Part shown: positions 43,037-55,199 of the stretch, one piece after another
Position numbering within the stretch: the first letter of the stretch is position 1
Layout: every line of letters starts with the position of its first letter
Assembly (NCBI GenBank): GCA_951406725.2
Contig: OX597818.1
Location: 100,254,001 to 100,318,000, forward strand
Direction: 5' to 3'
DNA: 64,000 nucleotides
DNA from: Octopus vulgaris
Lineage: Eukaryota
Translations under genes and position numbers: made by a program
The notes under the pieces: generated by a model
The model's input: only the letters and a program-made list of their open reading frames with translations
Databases searched by the model: none
What the model was told of the DNA's origin: nothing

Positions 43037-44301
43037 ACACACAACCAAACACACACGCGCACAACCACGCACACACATATGTATGTTACAGAGCTGAGTG
43101 TTACTCCTCAGAAAATTCTCAGAACTCCAACAGAAAATTACACTCAGTGTTTGTATTGAGTACACACTTGTTTTGTTTGTAAACCCAAATATACATATGC
43201 GAATGTGTATGTATGTATATATACACAGACAGCCCCACCCCCACATATATGTCTTCTAGATCATCCTTTTCCCTCATCCCAACTCCTTCTCAAGCCATTC
43301 TTATCTTACTCATTCACTCACTCATTTATTCCTCTGTATCTTCTCTTCTCCCTTCTTTCTACCTCACACTTTCTCATTCTCATATTATAACCCCCAGCTT
43401 ACCCTACCTTGCTCCCTGTCACTCACTCACACTCTATTTCTCTTTTTGCCTCTGTCCCTTCTTCTGTCTCTCTCTCTCTCTCTCGCCTCCACTATTAAAT
43501 CTACCTCTTCTAAACTCTACTAGTTGCACCCACTTCAACACGCACGATCACTCCCACTACCACATTAATGTACGTCATCTACCCATACTCCTACTTGTCT
43601 GTGATGGTTTTGATTTTATCATCATCATTATTATTATTAATATTATTATTATTATTATTAATATTGTCGTTGTTGTTCTTCTAGGTAATCTCCAACTTTG
43701 TTTTTCTTCTTCTTCCGTCTTCTCCTTCCTTATTCTACTTTCATTTTTGACCATTCTCCTACTTCCGCTCTTTCGTTATTCGGAAAATATCATTGCTGGT
43801 ACTGCATTCTCATGCTTATATATACCAACCACGATAGCCAAACCAGCAGCAACAAACCAGTATTACTATAACTACTACTAGTAAATCTACCGCAATCGCT
43901 ACGACTACTGCTACTACTAGTATTAATGCCACCGCTGCTATTGCACTATCGATGCCGTCTATCGAAAACACAGCCCCCATCGTTGTCGTTCTTTGCCATA
44001 CGCCTAAGCTAAGTATCATCAACAACAACAACAACAACAACAACAGCAACAATATTAACAGGCAAACAGCCTGCTTTAAGTCGCCGATGGTTGTGATGAG
44101 ACAAAAAAATAACAAAAAAACAACAAACCAACAACAACGACTAACAGTAACAGCGATAATGGCAGCAACTAGAACAACAACGCGAAAGCTATATACACCG
44201 ATGAAAAGCTGCTTGTATCACCGATCAACTGTAACTAGTGCTGTTGCTGTTACTGTTGCTGCTACCTTATAAGCATTACAAGAATAACAACAGAGGGAGA
44301 C

Positions 44302-44350
<49 letters not shown>

Positions 44351-44530
44351 AACAACTAATGCTGCTGCTGCTAGTACTAGACAATCATGCAGGAATAGAC
44401 ACGCACGCATACATATACATACATATATATATATATATATATGCATACAACATTAACACACGTAATGTGTATGAATGTTTATGTATGTGTGTATAAATGT
44501 ATGTGTGTGTGCGTGAGAATGTGTACGTAT

Positions 44531-44591
<61 letters not shown>

Positions 44592-44761
44592 CGTGTATGT
44601 ATACACACACATATATATGTATGTATGTATACGGATAAATGTGTCTATATATAAATATATATAGGAATTAATGTATATTTATATATATGAATGTGCACAT
44701 ATGTATGTGGGTGAGTATATATACATATCTCTATATTCGAGTATCCATGCATCTATGCATG

Positions 44762-44806
<45 letters not shown>

Positions 44807-45148
44807 ATGCACATCTACGAATGTGTATGTATATTAATATTCACACATACTCACCTAGGCACATAAATATATATATTAGTGGCTACACTCAAACAAGTAC
44901 ATTCACACATTACTTTACTCAAATAGTTAGCGATTGTGAAATAAAGCCACAGACAAACAAAAGGCTGCCAGAGAGACAATCAGATGAAAAGATGCGTGGA
45001 GAGAAATATAATTTTGTCAAATATTTCAGTATTCATTTCTAGAGTTCCAATTAGAAGAATTGGTAAAAGTAATATATACCTGAATACACATCCATATAGA
45101 ACATACGGAAATACACACACACACAATCACGTAATGTATTTATACACA

Positions 45149-45201
<53 letters not shown>

Positions 45202-45352
45202 TAATAATAATAATGATAATAATAATAATGATTTCTTTTATTTACCACAAGAGTGAAGGACGAGGGTGGACAATACTAAGACAGACATAAAGTGTTGGGA
45301 TTTACATATAATGAAATGATAAATGCACTGATAAAGAAGGGACATACCCTCC

Positions 45353-45587
45353 TTTTACTCTTTTACTTGTTTCAGTCATTTGACTGTGGCCATGCTGGAG
45401 CATGACAACCGATGCTTTTACGTATTCGTGTATTTACGTATTCGTAACATCGCGGTTCGGCAAAGAGACCGATATAATAAGAACTAGGCTTACAAAGAAT
45501 AAGTCCTGGCGTCGATTTGCTCGACTGAAGGCTTTGCTCCAGCATGGCCTTCCAGCAGTCAAATGACTTAAAGAAGTGAAAGAGTAA
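45353..45587. mobile_element. Family B SINE derivative with 3' tails at both ends in inverted orientation
   Basis: Left TTTTACTCTTTTACTTGTTTCAGTCATTTGACTGTGGCCATGCTGGAGCA. Right TGCTCCAGCATGGCC...CAGTCAAATGACTTAAAGAAGTGAAAGAGTAA. Confidence 0.75.
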
Positions 45588-45619
45588 TAATAATAATAAT
45601 GATAATAATGATAATAATG

Positions 45620-45678
<59 letters not shown>

Positions 45679-45696
45679 TATTAATAATAATAATTA

Positions 45697-46147
45697 TACA
45701 CAGATAGAGAAATTAAGGCCAACAGACCAGATATAGTTGTCAGAGATCATGAAGAAAAAAAATGCTTTTTAATTGATGTATCAATACCGGCAGATGACAA
45801 CGTGTCTCTAAAAGAAATGGAGAAACTCTCAAAATACAAAGACCTGGAAATAGAGGTAACTAGAATGTGGAATCTGAAAACAGAAACAATTCCTATCATA
45901 GTAGGTGCATTAGGCATGATAAAAAAATATTCAGACAAATACATAACAAAAACACCAGGACTTACAAACACATATAACATACAGAAAATTGCACTACTAG
46001 GCACTGCCCACATCCTACGCAGAACACTTTCCATACAATAACCATCAGAGCATCACAACAAATCACAGCACATACCCAAGGCACACAGAGCTGCGCTCGG
46101 TAGTGAAGTGAAAGCACGCTATAAAAATAAAAATAAAACTACTGAAT
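45697..46147 (+). mobile_element. 5'-truncated R4/Dong-type non-LTR retrotransposon (RLE endonuclease C-terminus + 3'UTR)
   Basis: Open frame TDREIKANRPDIVVRDHEEKKCFLIDVSIP...EKLSKYKDL...IPIIVGALG...IQKIALLGTAHILRRTL* (stop at 46041) with a PD..D..K motif. Flanked by (TAA)n. Confidence 0.88.
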
Positions 46148-46160
46148 AATAATAATAATA

Positions 46161-46374
46161 GGAAACCCCAAAATGGCAGATATTCAAAAGATAGTGCTCA
46201 TGGGAACTGCTCATATCCTACGCAAAATACTTTCTATGTAATCTCAAGGTTTAAGACAAACATTTTTTTTCTTTTTCTTTTTTAGACATCCACTAATACA
46301 ACACAAAAAACAACCAAATATATGGCACACTAGGCATAACAACAACTTGTACAAATATAAAGCAAAAGTCAAAC

Positions 46375-46376
<2 letters not shown>
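46161..46376 (+). mobile_element. Very short 3' fragment of a second R4/Dong-type family
   Basis: Encodes GNPKMADIQKIVLMGTAHILRKILSM*, then a different 3'UTR and (TAA)n. Confidence 0.75.
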
Positions 46377-46426
<50 letters not shown>

Positions 46427-46444
46427 TATAATAATAATAATAAT

Positions 46445-46648
46445 TTCAAATCTTCCAACGATGGCAGCAATGTTAAGGAAGGGATGTGTCGATTACATCG
46501 ACTACAGTGTTCAACAGTTACTTATTTTATCAATCCCCGGAAAGATGAAAGGCTAGGTCGACCTTGGCGTAATTTGAACTCATAACGTAGCAACAGACGA
46601 TGTACCGCTAAGCATTTCACCTGGCCTGCTGACGATTCTGCCAGCTCA
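46445..46648 (-). mobile_element. Family A SINE
   Basis: GTCGATTACATCGAC...GATGAAAGGCTAGGTCGACCTTGGCGTAATTTGAACTC...GATTCTGCCAGCTCAC. Confidence 0.82.
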
Positions 46649-46707
46649 CAACAACAACAACCATGATGATGATGATAATAATAATAACAACAATAATAAT
46701 AATAATA

Positions 46708-48745
46708 CGCATACTCCTCGAGAACTGTCATAACCAGCGCAGAAATTTCAGTTCTGCATGGATTGATCATAAAAAGGCTTTCAAAAGCATACCGCATTCA
46801 TGGATCTTGAAATCGCTGAATATCTTCAAAATTTCTCCCGTGATTTCAAGCTTCCTGAAGCACAGCATATCAATGTGGAATACGAATTTCCAGTTATACC
46901 ACTCAAATGGAGTACTGATCAGAAAAAAAATATTACTATCAACTCCGGCATTTTCACCTTTGATTTTCTGCATAGACCTAATACCCCTAACAAGTGAATT
47001 CAGTAAAACAGGGCATGGATATCAAATGGCAACAAGAAAATAAGTCATCTATTTTATATGGTTGAATGAAAACTCTATGGCAAAGACGATAATGAGTTTG
47101 AAGGACTACTACGTACTCTGAACGCATTCAGTGATGACACTGGGATGGAATTTGGTCTTGATAAATGTGCCAAGGCCACTTTCCAGAGAGAGAGAGAGAC
47201 TGAAGACCTCACATTCAGTGGTGCTGGATGTTGACACACTCATAAAATAACTCTAGCAGGAACAAACTTACAAATACCTCGGAATAAAAGAGGGCTCTGG
47301 TAATCAACATGCAAGTATGACAGAGGAGATCAGGAAGGAGTGTTACAGGTGGGTTCGAGCAATCCTACAATCCGTGTTAAATGCACGTAACAAGGTGTTA
47401 GCTATAAATTCCTTAGCAGTGTTGCTATTTACAGATTCAATCCGTAAGTTGCTGATTTGCAATAAGTTGCACCACCCAAAGCAGACGCAGATCGTCTTTA
47501 CCTACCCAGAGTTCAAAGGTGGTCGAGGCTTGATCTAATTTGAAATTTCCTACAAAACCACCAGAACTGGACTGGTAAAATATCATGTAACATCTAACGA
47601 CTTGATGCTAAAGTTCGTTGAAAACCATGAAAGACTTAAGAAGATACATTCTGTGATGAAAGAGAGCAACACATTTTCATGTGAGTTGATGCATGGATTG
47701 AACTACATAAAGGAAGTGCAGCAACTGTTGTAGCAAATAGCAAAGCAAAATGCGCTTGATCAACTGGCTGATATGTGGGAACAAAAACCTCTGTATGGCA
47801 AATATGTGGGCCGCAGCGAACAAGCTGATGTAGACCAGAAGCACACTCATCAGTAAATACCGAGCTCAGGGCTAAAGGTAGAGAGTGAAGGCTTTATCTT
47901 GGCTGCTCAAGATCAGAGATTATTGAGGCGGAACTATCAAGCCAAGTGATGGAAAATGGTGTAAACCTAAAGTGCCGATACTGCAATGAAGGAATAGAAA
48001 CAGTCGACCACCTAGTCTCTGGATGTAAGGTTTTAGCACCTGTAGAGTACAAATCAAGACATGACAGAATTGGCCAATATCTATAGAGGATAATGTGTCG
48101 GCATTATAAAGTCAAAACTGTTGACATGTGGTACAAACACCCCATGAGGCTCTAACTGAAGGAGAAAATATAACTATTCTTTGGGACTTCCCTGTATGTA
48201 CAGATCAGACCATCAAGGCAAATAAACCAGATATTGTTGCGAAAGACAAAAGCAATAACGTCTGTTTATTGATTGATATAAGCATACTCTCTGGCCATAA
48301 TATCTCGGCAAAATAATTTGATAAGCTTAGAAAATATAAAGATCTACTAATTGAAGTCGAAAAGATGTGGTATCTCAAGACGGTTACATTACCAATGATT
48401 GTAAGAGCACTCGGAATGATCAAAAAAAGAAACTGAAAATTATTTAAGAATGATCACTGGCTTCCCATCCATGCAGGAAATGCAAAAGGTTGTCTCAACT
48501 GGTACGTCACACGTATTGAGAAGAGCATTGTCGCGGTGAATTTTCTTTCCTTTTATTTTATTTATCTACTTTACTATTTTTTCCTTTTTCTCTCTGTCTT
48601 CCCCTTTTTCTCTAACACATGACTGTAAAGGAACGATCTGGTGTGTTTGTCTTTATGGCCTACCAATGTATACAGAACGTTTCTCTGCCCTAGGTGTCAG
48701 GAAGACACTCGGCAAGAAATGTAAAGAGAGCTGAAAGAAGATACT
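46708..48745 (+). pseudogene. Decayed 5'-truncated R4/Dong-type LINE: RT, CCHC zinc knuckle, RLE endonuclease
   Basis: AWIDHKKAFKSIPHSWI (RT), SHLFYMVE*KLYGK (mutated YMDD), GMEFGLDKCAK, GGRGL, CRYC...ETVDHLVSGC, NKPDIVAKDKSNNVCLLIDI, KYKDL. Many stops and frameshifts. (TAA)n on both sides. Confidence 0.9.
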
Positions 48746-48758
48746 AATGAAAATGGTG

Positions 48759-48807
<49 letters not shown>

Positions 48808-48828
48808 TAATAATAATAATAATAATAA

Positions 48829-49274
48829 TCTATACTATAATGGAAAAAGTTGCTTACTAATTTGGTATGTAACAATTACTAAAAGTACTAAAAGAAAGCA
48901 ATTACTAAAGGGTTGACTATCTGGAAAATATTTTTATAAATTCATGTTCTAAGAAATTTCCTCTAATTTCGATTTCTCAAGTATCTGGAATTTTTTACAC
49001 TCCAATTTCTCGCAAATTTAAATATTCATTGCATTCACTGCGTCCAATTCTTTACAAATTTAAATATTCATTGCCTTCACTGCGGAGTATTCCATTTTCA
49101 TTCGCGACGTCTATCACTTTCTCTTTGAAGTTTTCATTCGCTATTTGGAAAACCGACACTTTATTCTATTATTGTATACGTAATGTATTATTTATTGAAT
49201 GAACATTTTTAAAATAGCCGTATAATTTTTGAACGCGGGATAGCAGCGAGAGGAGCCTAGAAAGTTGGGTTATT
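48829..49274 (+). mobile_element. Possible degenerate Helitron whose 3' end is interrupted by a SINE
   Basis: a|TCTATACTATAATGG start. Removing the SINE reconstitutes CCTAGAAAGTTGGGTAATTACTATT, resembling a decayed hairpin + CTAG end. Confidence 0.35.
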
Positions 49275-49490
49275 CTCTTTTCTATTCTAAGCACAAGGCC
49301 CCAAATTTGGGGGGAGGGGGCCATTCGATTAGATGGACGTCAGTACGCAACTGGTACTTATTTATCGACCCCGAAAGGATGAAGGGCAAAGTCGACCTCG
49401 GCGGATTTTGAACTCAGAACGTAAAGACAGACGAAATACCGCTAAGTATTTCGCCCGACGTGCTAACGTTTCTGCCAGCTCACCGCCTTC
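49275..49490 (-). mobile_element. Well-preserved family A SINE with 13-bp TSD
   Basis: Full head, body and tail. AAGTTGGGT(T/A)ATT at 49262-49274 and 49491-49503. Confidence 0.9.
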
Positions 49491-49838
49491 AAGTTGGGTA
49501 ATTACTATTAGAAGACGAGGAGGAAGACAAAAATTACCGCCAAGTACTCGAAACTTGCACCTTATTCACAGTTTCAAACACTCTATACCACTAAGCCAAT
49601 ATATATACAAGTAGAACGAATACTTCAACAGTGACGCAATCGAGCACACACGGAGATACACATGCACACAAATGAAAGGCAATGCGTGTGTGTGTGTGTG
49701 TGTGTGTGCATATTTGCTGTTCACTGACGAAACTTGGTATGCATCATTATTTTTGCGAAGTACTGTCAGTGAACAGGTTGCGGTTTCAAAGCGAAGAAAA
49801 TATATTGACATAAGTGAAATTTTAATGTTGAAGTGAAA

Positions 49839-50117
49839 CGGGTACTACTTAAGTACAGAGCGATACTACGTAAATAGTACTACGTAAATAGTAAACGATA
49901 CTACGTAAGTAGCGATACTACGTAAATACAGAGGTACTACCTAAATACGAGTGTTACGTACAAAACATCTTAAATGTACGCTGTGTGGACGTGTAATGAC
50001 ACGCTAACCTTAACTAACACTAAAATCAGCCCTAACCATAAAACTAAACCTAAAACTACCCCTTCCCTTCATATTGTTACGTAGATGCATCGGGTCTTCT
50101 GTATTTAAGTAGTGCCG
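49839..50117. mobile_element. MITE-like non-autonomous DNA transposon
   Basis: TIRs GGTACTACTTAAGTACAG / CTGTATTTAAGTAGTGCC (16/18 complementary), TGAAA on both flanks, internal TACTACGTAAATA repeats and CCTAAC-like motifs. Confidence 0.65.
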
Positions 50118-50381
50118 TGAAATTAACGGTTTATGTGTGTTCTTGAATGGCTTACAAACATCTACGCTGCAATTATTTTTGTTTCAGATCAAGTCACTTG
50201 CTATGCGGATACATCTCCGTAACTTTATTTTAAATCACCATGGATACATGCCTGCAATGACTTACTCACTCTTTCCAATATTTTAATTTCTAAACAGAAA
50301 TAATCGGGGGCAGGAAGTGGGGGTAGCAAAAAATTCATAATTTCTCAAACTTTCTTTTTTATAGCATATGATGCCCCAGCA

Positions 50382-50442
50382 AAATGGCGGTGCCCCAGCA
50401 TGGCCACAGCTCATGAGCCGAAACTGGAAAAATCAAATCAAA
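50382..50442 (+). mobile_element. Isolated 3' tail of the CR1-group LINE family seen at 61.2 kb
   Basis: AAATGGCGGTGCCCCAGCATGGCCACAGCTCATGAGCCGAAACTGG...AATCAAATCAA is nearly identical to the reverse complement of 61175-61222. Confidence 0.8.
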
Positions 50443-51126
50443 AATTATATGTATCTATGAGGAAAAATATTGAAAAACATCAATACATGCGAGAGTGATA
50501 AAGGGACGAGGAGGGTTGTCTTCGGATATGATAGAAACAACAGCCAAATCGCCATTAAACCACTCACTTTTCTCTCTGGAAATATTAACAATCTTTAAAA
50601 AAATTTTCCCGAAAATGTTCTTCCCATGGTTTCAAAGTGAAAAAATATAAAAAGGCCAAAATAGGTCTGGAGTGAGATGATGAGGGAGGGGCGTAAGAAA
50701 AGTGTTTACAAAGCTTTTTCATACAAAGATCCGCCCCCACCATCACCCGAACGTTGTGGCTTTAAAAAAATGAGGAAAATCCCTCAAAAATTTCCCCACA
50801 AAATTTCTATATAATCGTAATCTATGCCGTTTGAAAGGGATTTGTATAAATTTTCATTAAAAGATAGCCATCTTCCTGAAACTTATGAACGAAAAAAGTC
50901 AGATGATGTAAATTTTCCATTACTCCTTTCTCCAACTCCTCGAAAAAATTCTCTCTCATAAATCACTATATATTTTGAAGCCAAATCATCTAAGCGGTAT
51001 TTGTAGAAACTTTTACTAAAAAGTATTCGTTTTTCTGGATGTCATGAGGCGTATACATCTGTAGTAATGTCCTTTGATTTATACGATTTTTGCATTTCAT
51101 GTCTGTTTCCTTTGTAGGTTTGCAAT

Positions 51127-51182
<56 letters not shown>

Positions 51183-52029
51183 TCGCACACTGCAAAGATT
51201 ACAGAAGGGCTGCTGAAGTGAAATCTCTGTTGGCTTGAGGAGAAGGTAAAACTTGACAAACTACTCCCCCTCTGTTGTTGGACTACAGTGATGTTTGTTA
51301 AAGAAAGTGAGATTATGACTGTGATAAAATAATGAAAGCAATACGTACTAAGCAAGTGGGCACTATTACATAGAGAAATAATTAGACGTAAAACATGAAA
51401 ATTATTAGAATTGGGAATCAAATGTGAAAATATTATCAAGGCGCTAGCAGAAAACCACCCGGAGGGCAGTCTTTCTGCTAATAATAATAATGATAAGAGG
51501 AGAAGAAGACATTTCTTTAGTGGCCACAAGAGCGATAAAAATATTTAGGGTAATAGAGGGGCAAACGACCATAGAGATTTACTCAAACATGAGTAAGCAT
51601 TCAGGTTTTGTTGTGCTCACTAGTGTTATTGATGATTGCTTTGATAAAAGAAAGCCGTTGTCCTTACCGTTGTCATTGTTCTCGTTTCACATTTCTCTCA
51701 AGAAGCTTCTAGTATTATGAAAAAATTTCCCCGCTATCGCTTAGTTACATCTATCTATGTGTGTTACTGTCACCATAATTCGAAACGAGGAAGCGAAAGG
51801 AAAGAAGAAAAATAAACATTTCAAGCTTTTGGTCATTTGAAATTCAAATTGGCAGCTCCACACACTTCAAAAAAGTGTTGAAAAAGCTAAAGAGAAGTAG
51901 GGGTTCTTATTAACTATTTAAACAAAAATTTATTATAATAAGCAAGTTATTTAAAAGTAATAAAAACATTGATAAAACTTTAGGTGTCTATACGTACACC
52001 TAACACAATCGATACTTCTTTGTAATTTA

Positions 52030-52230
52030 CGCAAATGCCAGATAGTTTGAGAGGAGAGGAAAACTTAGCATCGAACCCAGTACCTTATTGGAACGATATT
52101 TTACCGACCCCGAAAGAATGAGAGGCAAACTTTATCGGTGTGAGACTTAGGCTTATAACGTAGAAAGTCGGAAGAAATACTGCGAAGTATTTTATCTGAT
52201 ACGTAAAAATAGTAGCAGCAGCAGTAGCAA

Positions 52231-52262
<32 letters not shown>

Positions 52263-52486
52263 TGAATAATCCTTTCTAATAAAAGCACAAGACCTGGAAT
52301 TTGTGTGGCGGGTGGACTAGTAGATTACAATGGCCTCACTGTTTCACTCGTACTTATTTAATCGATCCAGAAAGGATGCAGGGCAAAGTCTACCTCGATG
52401 GAATTTGAACTAAGAACGCAGCGACGGGCGAAACACCGCTAAGTATTTCATTCAGCGTGTTGGCGATTGTGTTAGCTTTTTGCCTT
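52030..52486 (-). mobile_element. Two family A SINE copies (degenerate 52030-52200; full 52270-52486)
   Basis: CCGACCCCGAAAGAATGA and CACAAGACCTGGAATTTG...AAGGATGCAGGGCAAAGTCTACCTCGATGGAATTTGAAC...ACCGCTAAGTATTTC. Confidence 0.75.
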
Positions 52487-52709
52487 AGTAGTAGTAGTAG
52501 TAACAACAACAACAACAAGCTTGTTTTGCTTATAGCGCTCACGAGCACTTAAATACGTTGTAAAATTCTTTAAGACAAGTCGCGTAAAGATAGCAACGGT
52601 TGTCAAATATGCAAGCTGTGTACACAGAATAAAGCACATATGGAAAGAAGCGTAAAGAATAAGCGAGCCATAAAGAGGAGTGGATTCATACGTCTGTTAG
52701 AGAAATATA

Positions 52710-53091
52710 GTGGAGTCGCAATGGCCCAGTGGTTAGGGCAGCGGACTCGCGGTCATAGGATCGCGGTTTCGATTTCCAGAACGGGCGTTGTGAGTGTTTA
52801 TTGAGCGAAAACATCTAAAAGTTCCACGAGGCTCCGGCAGGGGGGGGTGATCCCTGCTGTACTCTTTCACCACAACTTTCTCTCACTCTTACTTCCTGTT
52901 TCTGTTGTACCTGTATTTCAAAGGGCCGGCCTTGTCACTCTCTGTGTCACGCTGAATATCCACGAGAACTACGTTAAGGGTGCACGTGTCTGTGGAGTGC
53001 TCAGCCACTTACACGTTAATTTCACGAGCAGGCTGTTCCGTTGATTCGGATCAACCGGTACCCTCATCGTCGTAACCGACGGAGTGCTTCC
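52710..53091 (+). mobile_element. Full-length tRNA-derived SINE (family D head, family C tail) with 11-bp TSD
   Basis: A-box TGGCCCAGTGGTTAGG, B-box-like GGTTTCGATTTCC. AGAGAAATATA at 52699-52709 and 53092-53102. Confidence 0.9.
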
Positions 53092-54127
53092 AGAGAAATA
53101 TAAGAACATATACTAAAAATTCGCAATAATTACATAGGTATTTAGTATATTCGTGCGATAGTCTCCATCAATCTTTGCAACACACACTGGTTTCATGAAC
53201 CGGGGGGTCATGCGCATAACAATACCAATAAGGCCCTTTGTATATAATTTGATTACTAGATATATTTATACATGTATATTATATTTATATTACATATATA
53301 ATATACAAGAACATCATGTAGACTTCGACAGTTAAGCAGAAATAGAAACAGCATTTAATGATTTATTCTTCCTCTGCATCCGCAACCAAATGATCCACGG
53401 CATGGTATTAGACCGCGGCTCCGGGTGAGATCCCTTGTTTTGCTTTACATTTATGCCTCCCCCCCCCCCCATTTCGTTTGTGTGCGTAGGCGTGCGCATT
53501 TATGCTTGCGTGTGTGTATATATGTGTATATATGTATCTATCCACCTATCCATATGTTTATCTGCATGCTTGCATGCATGCATACAAACATACATACAAA
53601 CATACATACATACATACATACATACATACATACATACATACATACATACATAATAGATAATTGAAAAAGAAACAAAATCAGGGAGAGAAAGAATGCGAGA
53701 ACGTGAGAGCTAGCATTCAGTTTATAGCCCTGGTGATTAGGAGAGAGATATTTCAAAAGATGGGCGATTATTCACATTAAGCACGTTCTTGCATGTTAGG
53801 AGCTATAGCGGCAAAGTAAAGTTCAAAAGAGATACAAAGGCGACATGTCCTCTAAGGGAACACGAACATGCATAGCCACATTAGCCCACGCCGACATTCC
53901 AATATGAATTATCACTTAATGACATTTATATATTTGCAAATGCTTACGCATACGAATATAGTCATAAGCTCATTCATATACACATATACACAAACATACA
54001 TGCATACAATCACCATACACAAACACATGCAGACACAAACACACAAACACGCGTGCATACACACACACACACAAATGGATTACTTGAATGGTCCTCATGT
54101 ACTGATAACAACTGGATAGAGTGAGGA

Positions 54128-54385
54128 ATGAATCCATGGGTTAACTTTGAGAATAAAAATGTAGTTTATAGCATAAGGTGTAGAGATAGACGGTGCAGAA
54201 ACAGGATAACAACAAACATTGGGGAGACAGAACGTAGCATAGGGGAACGGATTGGCGACAACTGGTTGGGGCTCAAGGAGAAGAAAAGACCTTCAGTGTT
54301 CTACCAACATGCACAATTGGAACATAGAGGCAAGCTTAATAATACATATGTTAAGAAAATATCAACACATATACGAGGGGTGTAT
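54128..54385 (+). pseudogene. GIY-YIG endonuclease remnant of a Penelope-like retroelement
   Basis: KNVVYSIRCRDRRC...NIGETERSIGERIGD...SVFYQH matches the PLE pattern NVVYxIxC..C..YIGETxR....R..EH...S....H. Interrupted by a SINE at 54386. Confidence 0.7.
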
Positions 54386-54678
54386 TTTTGTTTGTTTGTT
54401 TCTTCTCGAGCCATGTCTGGCTCATAGGGGCGGTTTCTCGGTTTCCTTGACGTATAGGTTCCCCGCCTGGTCGGGTCGCCGGTCCGTGGCAGGTGAGCTG
54501 GAAGATGGGGGAGCAAAGAGTGAGAGAAAGTTGTGGCGAAAGAGTCAGCAGAAGTTCGCCGGAGCCGCGTGGAGCTTAGGTCTTTCGCTCATAAACACAC
54601 ACGTCGCCCGGTCTGAGATTCGAATCCGCGATTCCTCGACCTCGAGTCCAGTGCTCCAACCACTAGGCCATGGGCCTC
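54386..54678 (-). mobile_element. tRNA-derived SINE (family D head, different tail)
   Basis: Minus head GAGGCCCATGGCCTAGTGGTTGGAGC...GGATTCGAATCTC, tail TATGAGCCAGACATGGCTCGAGAAG(AAAC)n. Degenerate TSD TACGA(G/C)GG(G/T)TGTAT at 54372-54385 and 54679-54692. Confidence 0.85.
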
Positions 54679-55199
54679 TACGACGGTTGTATGAAAAGTA
54701 TTGAGCCTCAAAGAAATACAAAATATGGTACAAGACTTCCGATGAAGGTACAAGTCTTCAAGGCTTTTCTCCGGATGGTCTATGTTAGCCTAAACTGAAT
54801 ATATTAATGATAGACTTGATCATTATTTGAGCTGGATCATGTTTCGTAAGTCTGAACTCAGAAGCAAGAACTGGTGGGAATACAAGCTTGCCAAAGTAGT
54901 AGAATATAAAGATATCACCGTTCTGGTGAACTTATTATTCAAATTGATTGAGCTTTTCAAGTCAATAGGCCAGATATTGTAGCAAAAAACCACGTTGACA
55001 AAACATACATAATTTATGCATATGGCTGGAATTTATGAGGGTTGGGCAACTATATTACATCGGTCCCGTTACTTGATTCCGACTAGCACGGGCTAGTATT
55101 GAATATGCCGCTCAATATTCTATTTAAAACAATGACAACAGTAAAAAGAACAAAACTATGAACAACAACAACAACAACAACAAGAACACCAGCAGTAAT

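Noticed and set aside
49855-49950. Short repeats with variable spacers as a CRISPR-like array
   Set aside because: Repeats are about 13 bp with spacers of only a few bases inside a MITE, in a eukaryotic context with no cas genes.
52711-52790. tRNA gene-like sequence (also at 5850 and 54600-54678)
   Set aside because: A/B boxes are present but there is no proper acceptor stem, and the sequence continues into a SINE body, with TSDs at 52.7 and 54.4 kb. These are SINE heads.
54955-55010. Fragment encoding VNRPDIVAKNH (RLE endonuclease-like)
   Set aside because: Probably a tiny Dong-type remnant, but too short to support as a feature.
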